Shown: positions 53,301-62,800 of the stretch, one piece after another
Layout of the letters: each line of letters starts with the position of its first letter
Position numbering within the stretch: the first letter of the stretch is position 1
Virus record (IMG/VR): IMGVR_UViG_3300020195_000009
Coordinates: 1-64,000 of that record
Length of the DNA stretch: 64,000 bases
Strand: one strand, 5' to 3'
Notes under the pieces: model-generated
Databases searched by the model: none
What the model was told of the DNA's origin: nothing
The model's input: only the letters and a program-made list of their open reading frames with translations
Made by a program: the position numbers and the translations under genes

Positions 53301-55737
53301 AGAGTGGGTTCCCCGTGGGAAACGGCCCAGGGGTGTTGCTTTGTACGGTCAGTAGACCGCTGCCGACGCTGGCAATACCGAGACCCTTGCGCTCCCAGGG
53401 GACCAGGTCGTTTTCGGGGAGCACATCCGCCGTATAAGAAACTGACGTAGATTCAATCGATCTTGATAGAGGCGGATACGCGATCTTGTGGATCGGCGTA
53501 TTGAGGACCAGAAGGTTGGGATCGTTCAACGCAACCGAGTAGGCTCTCTCAAACGCCCGGTAATGCAGCTCTCGAAACAAGGGTTGGATGAGATCCGCCC
53601 GAATATCATCCGGCATAAACGTCGCCGGTTGAATCGTAACGTTCCGGTATCGGTACGCATGTTGAGTCGGATTTTGGCGGCCTACGTCGTTGTTCCAGTT
53701 GTTGAGCCGGAACTCCTTTGAATTCAACCGTCTAAACTCGATGGTCGGATCCTTGATCCAAGAATAATCGACCTTCACGTCGTCCGTGGGGGCCGGAGCG
53801 ACAGGAAGGACGACTTGACCAAGCAACCCGACGACTGCTTGAACCGCTGTGATGGTGTTGTTGATCTTAACAACTACATCCGCCGGATCGTCAGCGATCT
53901 CCCCCGTTCTTGGATCCACGAGCTTCCAAGTCATCGAACCGTTGTTAGGGTCAGGCAAACTGAAGCTCGCCTGGAGTCTCAGACGGGTGGCGTTGACCTG
54001 CCCCGTGATGAGGAACGAGCCGCTATTTAGGGTTGTCCCCCCAAGCTCAATCCGAAGCCCTACGTGACTCGATGTAAACGAACCCCCAGGAAGCACAACA
54101 TCATTGGAGGTGAACTGTGTTGCCCCAAAGGCGCTCGTTGTGTAGGTCTGGATCTCCCCGTCCACTCCGGTTTGTATGGTTAGCGGAGGTTTGACAATGG
54201 GCCCCTTGTCCGTGAACACGGACCGACTAACGAGGGGGGTGGCCGCCGAGAAGATGGCCATGTTGAAGATGGGATCAATCGGGTTACCCGCAGCGTCTTT
54301 AGGGGTCCCCGTTGCATTCACGATGAGCGTGTAGTTGCCGGAGCTGAACCCAACGGTCTCAAGAGCTACGGTTCGCTCATCGAGTGCCCTGACGGAACGG
54401 ATAGCTACCGGAGTAGGGCCTGTAAACGAGTACTCCCCAACCGAGAGAAGTGCCTCATCTATACGCATCAACTCATCGAATGACACCAAGAGCGTCCCAT
54501 CTTCGGGGAAGAATTGGACACTTACGACTTGGGGTTTCGAGGCGTTAGCCGTGAAGACACGTTGCCCAGAGAGGAAAGAACCGTGTATGGTCTTGAGCCT
54601 TATGACCGCTCCAACGTAGACCTTGCCGTTCGTTGACTTCGTTGTGTGCAGAAGGGCTCCTGTTGCCCCTCGGGTGAATTTCCACTGGAGCAGCCCCGTT
54701 CCAGGAGTGTATCCAGAACCAGGGACATACGTTCCGTTTGACGGATCATTGCCAGGAAGGTCTCGATCCACCGTGACCTTCGATCCATCAAAGTCGATGA
54801 CCCGGTAAGGCTCACCGGGTTCAAATGCGAAGGACGTTCCAGGGGACCCCGTGATGTAGAGGTACTGACCCACCTGAGAAGGGAGGAAGCTGCCTATGAC
54901 TGTATCGAATACTCTGGAATGAAAGGTCCCAGGATTCGTTTCAACGACCTGACCCGTCGTGCCCGTCTGAAGGGTCTCGATGACCAACTCAACCGTGTTT
55001 ATTGTGACCGGGTAGGCCTCTGCCTCGTTCGCAGTTACGGAGTAACGGTTCACATCGGAGGCCTCATCCAGATCCATTTCCTCAGGGAAATCAACGCTAA
55101 CCGTCAACCCATCCACACTTACAAAGTTCAGAGCCCCAACTTGCAAACCCTCATCTAGGGAAAGGACTTCAACCGTGGAGGGGTTGGCGTTGTATGCTTG
55201 CGTACCTCCTTCGGAAAGAAGGAGTGTGTCTACAGCTATCGCCACGAACGGCGACATACCTTCCACGAAGGTGAGGGTTTCTCCAACCTCAACCTGAAAC
55301 CCTATACTGAGGGTTTCTAGGAGGGTGAGGGTCTCTGCTCCAGCAAACGCTGCCTCATCCACATTGAACAAATAGGAGACGGTTTGGAGATCACCGTGGA
55401 GATCCACGATCTCGATGTCCACAGTGACTGGGTTGCCGTCTGCAAAAGCCGGGTGGGAGCTGATCGTGACGATAAGGTCAGGCCCGTCAAAGACGATCGT
55501 ACCCCCGAAGGATACGAGAAACTCGGAGTTTAGGATGACTTGTACGCCGTTGAGCTGCACCTTTAGGCTCAGGTCGTCGAACTCTGCGGAGGCATTGACC
55601 TGAAACTGTACCGGAGCCGCGATCGAGACTCCGGTTCCGTTCGGAATAGGTGACGCCGAAACAAGTGCGAACCCACCGGAGATCAGGGCCGAGCCGCCGT
55701 ATGGGGTCGTACCGTATGGGCTTCTCGCGAAGGACAT
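50317..55737 (-). CDS. Very large virion protein with Ig-like and about four lectin-like repeats
   Basis: 1806 aa; four Y-x-G/A-D/R-x-L-P-E starts and F/W...H-x-Y-R-type ends. Confidence 0.75.
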   Translation of the reverse strand: MSFARSPYGTTPYGGSALISGGFALVSASPIPNGTGVSIAAPVQFQVNASAEFDDLSLKVQLNGVQVILNSEFLVSFGGTIVFDGPDLIVTISSHPAFADGNPVTVDIEIVDLHGDLQTVSYLFNVDEAAFAGAETLTLLETLSIGFQVEVGETLTFVEGMSPFVAIAVDTLLLSEGGTQAYNANPSTVEVLSLDEGLQVGALNFVSVDGLTVSVDFPEEMDLDEASDVNRYSVTANEAEAYPVTINTVELVIETLQTGTTGQVVETNPGTFHSRVFDTVIGSFLPSQVGQYLYITGSPGTSFAFEPGEPYRVIDFDGSKVTVDRDLPGNDPSNGTYVPGSGYTPGTGLLQWKFTRGATGALLHTTKSTNGKVYVGAVIRLKTIHGSFLSGQRVFTANASKPQVVSVQFFPEDGTLLVSFDELMRIDEALLSVGEYSFTGPTPVAIRSVRALDERTVALETVGFSSGNYTLIVNATGTPKDAAGNPIDPIFNMAIFSAATPLVSRSVFTDKGPIVKPPLTIQTGVDGEIQTYTTSAFGATQFTSNDVVLPGGSFTSSHVGLRIELGGTTLNSGSFLITGQVNATRLRLQASFSLPDPNNGSMTWKLVDPRTGEIADDPADVVVKINNTITAVQAVVGLLGQVVLPVAPAPTDDVKVDYSWIKDPTIEFRRLNSKEFRLNNWNNDVGRQNPTQHAYRYRNVTIQPATFMPDDIRADLIQPLFRELHYRAFERAYSVALNDPNLLVLNTPIHKIAYPPLSRSIESTSVSYTADVLPENDLVPWERKGLGIASVGSGLLTVQSNTPGPFPTGNPLFWSRSVDLTFPHVFAATWRMEINSTTPNGIFTGVAVGWSNDRRAIVMGYLLDGGVRKLGFLKKGFGNDPSTLSAWVGGILPSNDPSGLPFNFDWSISHSYRFFRGRDEIVRLFVDGEVVESLRVLEEDLPYLEELGDPFDQLQGIFFGSLDRQAESLSTWDVVRYLVLPTNPSQTAPSIFASYEGDLLPENSPAPWTLVGYHGTESLLGGSLILDSTSATTQATSEEVGLVGGDFRGFTRIEPLLLVSADVVLDVNVQLRTFTHGITPNAVMAAVDDGSRLIQLCFFPTQSQPKVSYPGRSLPEDATPSPWGALGSATARMVGRTLRIEDDTLLDGLVYFIEDLAPMASPDRIIEALIDYFAEFRFQVVSFLNDGTPVGFCGATVDVFDGTRSIGVMLRESVGVPQVAFHSDGTLLGIGSQFNFNWNDGLTHTYRITKSTGGDLVTLFIDNTLIGTYPYSSFLVSGGNPTISFGSATAGSVSSTSVVDWIYVNVWRAQPTSGVRKYVGIWKGTDPTSLTGYYFQLKTSGHAALAGNVLTDLSANFVAAGVAVGGDLVIDIGPNKGVYSIATVAPTVLTILSTFPFTPSEADYRIPTETDWTVAHKYRLVRDPGGSVSLLLDAIPSPVIRLDYSEVVLPASSLGISSIINQGLASITWGAFDPTNISQTSWDFVRYGITRSPTEIRIVPHHQFLNQRNVMSSPEHLFTTVAHNHTQFSSSSTGIPYPWEEFAENPAVIAFTRLNEGTPLVPSTQTYEVRRPSPVFEFVSGLNRPEDVLNNDGDFVTNDATLRVRLLVPKDVLYNDLKIIEQSTGEAEHIAPFSDEYNPIALKKLNWTKDVCAVYSGDVLPENDPDFKTQWVLESDDPGQVTATAFAGVLTYSTLASPTNTIYRNPTPLTDPAGLQTTVSFKLKLLNDATSGTGDTGVRFGFNAFGLTAALAFVSTPLGDREVRLLDLLSNTTLGAIPFDFLDGSYHVYSLVKNVGNGTLDFLIDP

Positions 55738-55772
55738 CGCTCAGACTGTTTTATAGGAAGACCCGTGGGTGC

Positions 55773-56099
55773 TTAGACGGTCTTGATGCTCAAGACCGCA
55801 AGCTCGACCAAAGGACCCCCACACGGCAAAACTCCTGGGTAGCTAGCCACCGTGAGCGGAAACGTGGTCGTCTCCCACTCGACGTATTTGTTGGGGTTAC
55901 TCAGCACGCACGCCGAGTCACGAGCCCGGAGTTTGTAGTAGGTGATAGTAGCGGCACCACCGCCCGAACTGAACAGCTCGCCGGTCCCGTGCTGCCCCCC
56001 GTCCGGCGTGAACGGCGAAGTGAAGACACCTCCGGCCCCGTCTTGGCCTCCGTCCGGCGTGAACGGCGAAGTGAAGCTCTCTCCGGTGAAGTTCGCCAT
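55773..56099 (-). CDS. Small virion-module protein with a duplicated FTSPFTPDGGQ segment
   Basis: ATG at 56099 forms a TGATG overlap with the upstream stop. Confidence 0.6.
   Translation of the reverse strand: MANFTGESFTSPFTPDGGQDGAGGVFTSPFTPDGGQHGTGELFSSGGGAATITYYKLRARDSACVLSNPNKYVEWETTTFPLTVASYPGVLPCGGPLVELAVLSIKTV
55999..56076. repeat. 27-nt exact direct repeat with 51-nt period
   Basis: CCGTCCGGCGTGAACGGCGAAGTGAAG at 55999-56025 and 56050-56076. Confidence 0.9.
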
Positions 56100-57142
56100 C
56101 AGATTGTCGGCGACACGCCGGCCCAGACCGCCCAGACCTGTTGTGCCGTGGAAATCGCGCCTGGTCCGCCGATGTAAATCTTGTCCTTGGTGCCCACGGT
56201 ATCCGCCGTGTCTAGGTTCGTACGAAGGACGCTTCCGAAGCGGAAGAGAGTCGAAGCTCCCTTGCAGCCCGTCGCTATCGCCGACGCACCGGGTCGTATC
56301 CACCAGGCAGGAAGGAGGCTGTCTTTGCTCGTGAACGGGTTGGTGCCGGCAGTTGTGGTACCCCCCTCGATCGATCCGTTTGTACCTCCGTACGGAGCCA
56401 GACCGATGCGTTGGCTATTGCTCGTCGTAGATGCTTGAGCCAGGCTTGTGGCGCCAAGCCAGGCACGTGCATGTGCCGGATTTGTCGTGGTAGGGATGGC
56501 ACCGCCGACATGCCCGAAGGTAACCTGTTGCCCCCACGCGTTGAGGGGCGCTGCCGTCTCCGAAACGAACATGACTGCTGGATCGACGTCGGCGGACGGG
56601 AAGCTTCCAGCCGCCATGACGTCAAGGAAGAGACCGTTCTGGTAGCTCGTTGCTCCGATGAGCACGCCGAACGCGTAGAAGGAGTAGAACTCTGCTGAGC
56701 CGCCGCAGGCGATGTGCCACCGATAGGTGGCCTCGGTGTTGAACCACGACGCCAGAGGAGTAGCGGCGGTTCCAGCGCCGATCATGTAGACTTCGTCGGT
56801 CGCAGTCGGCGTCACGGTCGCAGCAGGAGAGCCACCAATGAACCCTGCCGAAGCAGAGTATTTGATCTGCCATCCGCGATTATCGGTCGTTCCGCGTTGG
56901 AAGATCAGCTCACGTGTTTGACCGCTAACGGCTGGAGCCCGCATCCGAACCCAAGCACTGCTGTTGCCGAGTCCGTTCGTACCTGAGGCACCACTCGTTA
57001 CCTGCGTGCCGCCAGCGCTGTAAGTAGTGCCGTCGCTGTCGTTCACCTTCGTCCATCCCGCCGTCATAAGGGTGGAGATGAGGAGGTACATGGCGACGGC
57101 GCCAGTAGCGGGGGTGTTGTTAACAGAGAACGAGTAGGCCAT
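56099..57142 (-). CDS. Probable tail-fibre/receptor-binding accessory protein
   Basis: Ala/Gly/Thr-rich; LISTLMTAGWTKV...GLGNSSAWVRM; located in the tail module. Confidence 0.6.
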   Translation of the reverse strand: MAYSFSVNNTPATGAVAMYLLISTLMTAGWTKVNDSDGTTYSAGGTQVTSGASGTNGLGNSSAWVRMRAPAVSGQTRELIFQRGTTDNRGWQIKYSASAGFIGGSPAATVTPTATDEVYMIGAGTAATPLASWFNTEATYRWHIACGGSAEFYSFYAFGVLIGATSYQNGLFLDVMAAGSFPSADVDPAVMFVSETAAPLNAWGQQVTFGHVGGAIPTTTNPAHARAWLGATSLAQASTTSNSQRIGLAPYGGTNGSIEGGTTTAGTNPFTSKDSLLPAWWIRPGASAIATGCKGASTLFRFGSVLRTNLDTADTVGTKDKIYIGGPGAISTAQQVWAVWAGVSPTI

Positions 57143-57164
57143 TTATTTCTTCGCTCCTATACCT

Positions 57165-58346
57165 TCAACCCCACGTGAGAATAACTTTCGCACTTGTACA
57201 CTCGACGTGATCCGTTGGCGCTCCGCTGTCCATGAAAAGCTGGACCTCGTAGTCCTTCAGGGCCGAAGGTAACGTCAGGGCTCCCGAAGTGAGGAATGCT
57301 GTAGTCGTAGACGTAGACGTCAACACAGAGCCGGCAACGATACCGCTGTCCGTGAGGTTGTAGAGCTGCACGGTCAGTTGAGGGGCCGTCGTATCCACCG
57401 CCACCTGGAACGTGATCTGTGCGTTGGCGGGGAACTTCGATGGGTCTAGTCGAAAGGACCCGATGCGCGTGGCAACCGTCTGACTCGTCGATTGAAGCCC
57501 AGAAACGCCGTTGAACTCTTTGAACTTGGGGAGGCCCAGAGGATCTGGAGTACCCACGCGGAGCACCTGCCAGTTGGTGCCATCAAAGGCCGTTTCGACT
57601 TCATAGGAGACCGTCCCATTAGGCGGGGCAACAAGAGCCAAAATGGTGGGACCAGCAATGCCGTTGAGTAGAGCGAACCCACCAGAGCCAGTTGTGAGGT
57701 TGATCTTGTACTTGAACCGCTTGCCGGTCGGAACGCCGGTCGAGTCGATCTGCTCGCTGTAGAGCCCGGTTCCCGTCAAGTTCAGGGTGCGCCAAGGCTT
57801 GTCCACGTCGTCCGTGATCGTGACCGTGCTTGGACTTGAAGATGTGAAGTTGACGGTCTGCTCCAACCCTATGAAGCGGCCGACACGGGAACGTAGGAAC
57901 CGGAACAAGAAGTCGAGGAACACATTGGCCCCTCCGTCTGCGCCCCCTTCCCATCCGGTTCGCTGAGCAGCGGCCGAACCTCCGATGTTGGTCATCGCGC
58001 CAGTCATGCCGGCACTCGGAAGGACGATGCCGTAATCCGTGTCCCCGATGCCGAAGAACCTCGTATCTGTCGTGACGACAGGCCCCGGATCCGTACGGAT
58101 CAAATGAACGAGGTAGACGCCATCGAGCGTCGGTGTCGCGTTTGCAACCTGCAAAGAGCTGTTATTGACTGTAGGTGGCGATGAAAGGGGGGCGGGCCAA
58201 GAGATGATCGTCCAAGCCCACGAGGTCGCACCACCTCCGGCGGCATCGGTAAGAATCACCGATACCCCGGTCACAAGCCCCAAGACCGACTGGCCGTCGC
58301 CGCCGATGTTGAGTCCTTGAGTGATTTGGATGGTCGCCTGGGGCAT
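57165..58346 (-). CDS. Virion protein with an N-terminal PKD/Ig-like domain
   Basis: ATSWAWTIISWP...TPTLDGVYLVHL. Confidence 0.65.
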   Translation of the reverse strand: MPQATIQITQGLNIGGDGQSVLGLVTGVSVILTDAAGGGATSWAWTIISWPAPLSSPPTVNNSSLQVANATPTLDGVYLVHLIRTDPGPVVTTDTRFFGIGDTDYGIVLPSAGMTGAMTNIGGSAAAQRTGWEGGADGGANVFLDFLFRFLRSRVGRFIGLEQTVNFTSSSPSTVTITDDVDKPWRTLNLTGTGLYSEQIDSTGVPTGKRFKYKINLTTGSGGFALLNGIAGPTILALVAPPNGTVSYEVETAFDGTNWQVLRVGTPDPLGLPKFKEFNGVSGLQSTSQTVATRIGSFRLDPSKFPANAQITFQVAVDTTAPQLTVQLYNLTDSGIVAGSVLTSTSTTTAFLTSGALTLPSALKDYEVQLFMDSGAPTDHVECTSAKVILTWG

Positions 58347-58349
58347 GGG

Positions 58350-58448
58350 TTAGGCTGCCTTCCTTAGCCGCCTGGCAATCGTGATCCGAAGCTCCCCGGT
58401 AATCGGATCGTACAGTCCGTAGACGATTCCATACTTAACCTTAGACAT
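58350..58448 (-). pseudogene. 32-codon remnant of a GIY-YIG-type endonuclease N-terminus
   Basis: Hand translation MSKVKYGIVYGLYDPITGELRITIARRLRKAA*, resembling the IY.L.DP.TG..RY.G.T start of GIY-YIG proteins. Confidence 0.6.
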
Positions 58449-58467
58449 GAGACCTTAGCCTCTAAAT

Positions 58468-59001
58468 CTATGATAACGTTATGGAAAACGTCACGGTAAG
58501 TGTGTCATTGGTGAACAAAGTGCGAGGCGAGAACTGGATCTCGTGGGCCATGACTCCGACGGTGGCGTCGTCGAACAGGGCCGTCTTCTGGACGGTCTGA
58601 GGACCGGGGACGCCCGTGTACGTGAAAATCTTCTGGAGGACGGTCTGCGTTCCAACGCCCGTTGGGAGCGTGACGGTCGACAGAGCCCTTTGAAGACCGG
58701 CCGTGCTGGGAGTGTTCGTGATCTCCCCTGTCAGGACGGTGTCCGTCTGGGCCGGAGCGGCCGAGTCGTTGGTCAGGGCGATGTAGTTGAGACCGCCTCC
58801 AAGACCCGTACGCTGCCCGGCGGCACCGTAGAGGTAGGTGTGGATCTGAACTCGACCCGCGTTGGTGACGATGTTGTGAGCCTCTTGCTCATCGATCACA
58901 CGGCGAAGCCACAGGCCCGTCTTGTCATCGAAGTCATAAGCCCGCTCGTGACGGATGACAGCCCGTGCTCGGGGTCCGCGCATGGATTCTTGGATGAGCA
59001 T
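58468..59001 (-). CDS. Tail-collar/fibre-attachment-like protein
   Basis: NIVTNAGR...YIALTNDSAAPAQTDTVLTGEI; start MLIQES with GAGGAGG SD. Confidence 0.6.
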   Translation of the reverse strand: MLIQESMRGPRARAVIRHERAYDFDDKTGLWLRRVIDEQEAHNIVTNAGRVQIHTYLYGAAGQRTGLGGGLNYIALTNDSAAPAQTDTVLTGEITNTPSTAGLQRALSTVTLPTGVGTQTVLQKIFTYTGVPGPQTVQKTALFDDATVGVMAHEIQFSPRTLFTNDTLTVTFSITLS

Positions 59002-59048
59002 GAAGTTCCTCCTCTCGGGGCTGCGGATAAAAGGTTCCGCGAAGACCC

Positions 59049-59864
59049 TCAAAAGTCCATCGAATGATCTTCATCGGAGACGGTTTGGTTTTCCTTGACG
59101 CCAAGCCGGTCACGGTCCTTCAAGCCTTGAGGGAAGACCCGAAAGTCCTCGTAGTAGTAGTTCGCCAATCGCCAGCGATGGGAATCAAGAATCTTCCCCC
59201 CTTGGTCCTCGTTGGGCTTGTACGTGTCTCGGAAGAGGTAGCGGATCCGAAAGAGCGTGTGAGCCGGACGGATGATGTCGAGGATCAACCGGATGTTGGA
59301 ATCCAGGGTGAACACGTCCGGGGGGAAGCCACCTCCGATCGCTTCAATGTCAATTTGGAACCCGAACTGATCACTGATGTCGAGACCTGAAGCCCCGGCC
59401 CGGACCAAGAGGAAGTTTTCCGTGACGGTCACCCCCTCAGAGACGAAGAGGGTCACCCCGTCCCGCATGCTTGAAGGGACCGAGCCTTGGAAGTAGATGC
59501 GGATGACGTTCAGAAGGAACTGCTTGAATTCAACATCATCGAAGGTGGTCGTAGGTAGCCGCCCATTCAAGAAGACCAAGTACCCGATGAGACTGTAGAG
59601 GAAGTCTGAGCGAGTGTTCTGGAAGTTGGAGTCGAAGTCCACGTCCTCCAGGGCCAGCTCCAAACGAGCCAACTCGACGGCAACAGCCTTGATCTCGTTC
59701 GTGTAATTTGGCCCTTGAACCGTCGAGATCCAGTTGGACGGGAGCAGGTTCAAGAGGGTCGTGAAGACCGCTTGAGACCTCTGGGCGAGGCGGAAGTTGT
59801 ATTCTTTGCCCCGCTGTTGGATGGTAAAATTTACGCGATCAGGATCCCTATTGAAGCGAGCCAT
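59049..59864 (-). CDS. Baseplate wedge subunit (P2 gpI-like)
   Basis: ELARLE...DFLYSLIG...FKQFLLNVIRIYFQGS, IIRPAHTLF; immediately downstream of the baseplate J gene. Confidence 0.7.
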   Translation of the reverse strand: MARFNRDPDRVNFTIQQRGKEYNFRLAQRSQAVFTTLLNLLPSNWISTVQGPNYTNEIKAVAVELARLELALEDVDFDSNFQNTRSDFLYSLIGYLVFLNGRLPTTTFDDVEFKQFLLNVIRIYFQGSVPSSMRDGVTLFVSEGVTVTENFLLVRAGASGLDISDQFGFQIDIEAIGGGFPPDVFTLDSNIRLILDIIRPAHTLFRIRYLFRDTYKPNEDQGGKILDSHRWRLANYYYEDFRVFPQGLKDRDRLGVKENQTVSDEDHSMDF

Positions 59865-59867
59865 GAT

Positions 59868-62800
59868 TCACCTTGCCGTTGCTTCGCGGAAGGTAATCGT
59901 AAAATTGCCCAGGTCCACGAACTCCACCCCGGAGGACGTGATGTCCTTGGTCCCCGAGTCCCCTCGAATCACGTAGCTGGCAGCATAGACGTGGTTCGTA
60001 GGTTCATCTGGAGGGAGATCCGTACCTGAGAGAGAGATCACGATGTGGTTAGCGGTCCTCCGAAGAAGTTCTGCTTCTTGGGATGCCAGCGTAACGAAGC
60101 CATCCGCAACAAGCGTAGGGGTGTCCGTGTACCCGATGATCGAGGCACCTCCAGAACCAATGATGAAGGCTTGGTTAGGTCCTGTGGCAACCGCCGTGAG
60201 AGATTCAGCGAGGGTGAGAGGCTCATCATCTTGGAACACCCCCTTGTGTTCCGTGATGAGCCCACCTCCGTCCGTGGTGGGGAACCTCAACGCACTCGTC
60301 AAAAGGAATACTTGATTACCGCCGATGTCCAGGGAGGAGGTATGAACGTTGGCTGTAGACAAGCTCTCGCGAAGTTTCCTAGACCCGTCGGCGTAAGCCA
60401 TGCGGGCCAGAGGGATGACCTGGAAGTCAACGCCCCCCGTCGAATCGACGGTGTTGATCAGGTCCGACTGTGCAATCCCTTGCCCAATGAGTCGCCGGTT
60501 CAACTCGATGCTCACGTTGGATCGGATGTCCGGGTCGGCTTTATCTCGGGTTGCACCGGGAAGAAGCTGAACCGTGGTTTCAACCTCGACCGAGTTCTGA
60601 ACAGATTGCTTGACGATTACGTCAGCCGTGGTGTGCCGTCGCGCGTTGATCGTTCGCTGGAGCTGCTGGAGCAAGTCGTTGATGACGTAGTTGACCGTGA
60701 AGTTCTCATCATGGACGTAGTCGATCGAGACAGTCGCTCCGTTCGGGATGTCGCTACTGCTGGTACGAACGAGCCGCACTGGGGTCGTGGAGGTCCCGTC
60801 GATGATCTCGTAGTCTGGGACCGTGGTGTCCGGGCTATCGTACTCAATAGAACGATCCGCATTGAAAACTCGGATCGTCTTCGTGTTGATGCCAATGCTG
60901 AGAAGCGGCTCCTCGATGAAACCGATGAGGACGTGCTGCTCATCGTTGACCGTGATGCTGTCTCCAGAGGGGATGCCTCCGACTTGGTTGATTGACAGGA
61001 AGTCTCCAGCGATGGTGCTCTCACCCTCCAGGAGAGGGTCCTCAATCTTGTAGAGGTCGTACCCTAGCGTTGAGTTGAGTGTGCCCGAGATTTCACCTAC
61101 AACCGACACGACACGGCGAACCGGCTGAAAAGTGAACTTGAATTGATTGAGCGTTCGGAACCGATAATCCGCAGTGATGACGTCATCGATCCCCGTAACG
61201 GGTTGACCAGAGAGCAACGGGTTCAACTTGAACGTCTGGTAGTCCACGAGGGTGACGCCCGTGAGATCGTAGTCGAGCCCTTGAGTCACATTTCGGACGC
61301 CAAGGCTCTGACCTATGTTGTCTAGGATCTCCGTGATCGGGGTCGTGGGGCTGACGCGGCTGTCTTGGACTCGGAAGATGAGGTTTGTCAGATCGAGGAT
61401 TTGGCATTGGATGTCTCTAGCCACCTCGAACGTGAAAGCGAACTTCTCGGTTACCTGACGCTCCCGAAGACCCTGGACCCAGATGTCTACCTTCCCACCA
61501 ATGTGCTTTCGTCGCACATCATCGTAATCACGCATCATCAGAGCATCGCCGGACTTGATGACCTTGGCTTTGAGAACCCCGATTTGCTCTGCCGTGGTTG
61601 AGGCGTAGCCGCCTTCCGTTCCAGTATCAACGGAGATGAATCCCAACATAGCCCGAACAGCAAGGTCGGCATTTGATTCACGGTCATTACCAAAGACAGT
61701 CGCTTCCGTGTTCGTTACCAGGAGCCCTGAAACTCCTTGGGCGCTCTTGATCTGACCCGCCGGACGGTTACCTGCGTCCCCGATGGTCTCAGCAACGATA
61801 TCGACGACAAGTTCATAACGCTTCGTGTCGAAATTGAAGAAGGCGTCAGCGTTGGCAGCCGAGAGGATAAAGGTCCCGCCGACTCTGAAACGGACTGAAG
61901 GAACGCCTAGTGTGGCATCAGCATCGGTTGCCAGGAGAGTTCCTGAGGGGACGGGAACGTCAAAGAGGGGCTTCGAGGTCGTGTAGAAGACCGCCTGACC
62001 AACGGCGGGGCGACCTGGAAGCCTCTTCTTGCTGGCGTTACCCGCCAGCTTGTCAAAGGCAGAGTCGATGAGGCCCTGAACGGCCGTGTTGCTGGTGAAC
62101 CCAAGAGCTGCCCGAAGAGCTGTCTTGTAAGCGCTCGCTTCAACCGGATCCGACACCCCATCATTGTTGGTGTCATCGATCTGAATGAGAGTGAGGAAAC
62201 TCTGAGCCCGGTGAACGAAGTCGAGCAAGAAGTACAATCGCTCAGCTTCGGATGAGAACGGGTCTACAGACACGTCACGTGTCGTAGAGCCTGGAACCAA
62301 GCTGATTTCTTGGTTCACCCGCTGGATGGCCGTGATGAAATCAGCCGTGACGTTGAACTGGGTTCGACCAGGGAGGTCGCGGATAGCCGTGTCAATGGTG
62401 AGTGGAGCCCCAAGAACCTCTTGGGAGAAGGGGCTCTCAATCTCGATACTCGTTGAGCTATCAAAGTAGACGCCAGTTACAACGTAGAAGATGGGGTCTG
62501 CGTCCGAGACGTTGTTAAATTGATCCTCATTCAAGATCCCAGCCCCACCCGATCGGATATGCCGGAAGGTGATGAACTTGGTGAGAGTCCTGTCTTGAAG
62601 AGTCGCGCTGAACTTGAGGTCGTTAGTGAATTCGATCGCGGAGTATTTCCGGTCCAGTCGAACCCCTAACTCATTCCCGAAAGAGTCTTCCTCACTAACG
62701 CGAACACGAACGAAATCCCTGCTTTCAGTCGCCCATACAACCGAGTCAGCTCCAATTTCAAAGAGGTCTTCCTCGAATACATCGGAGGAGGCGGTAACGA

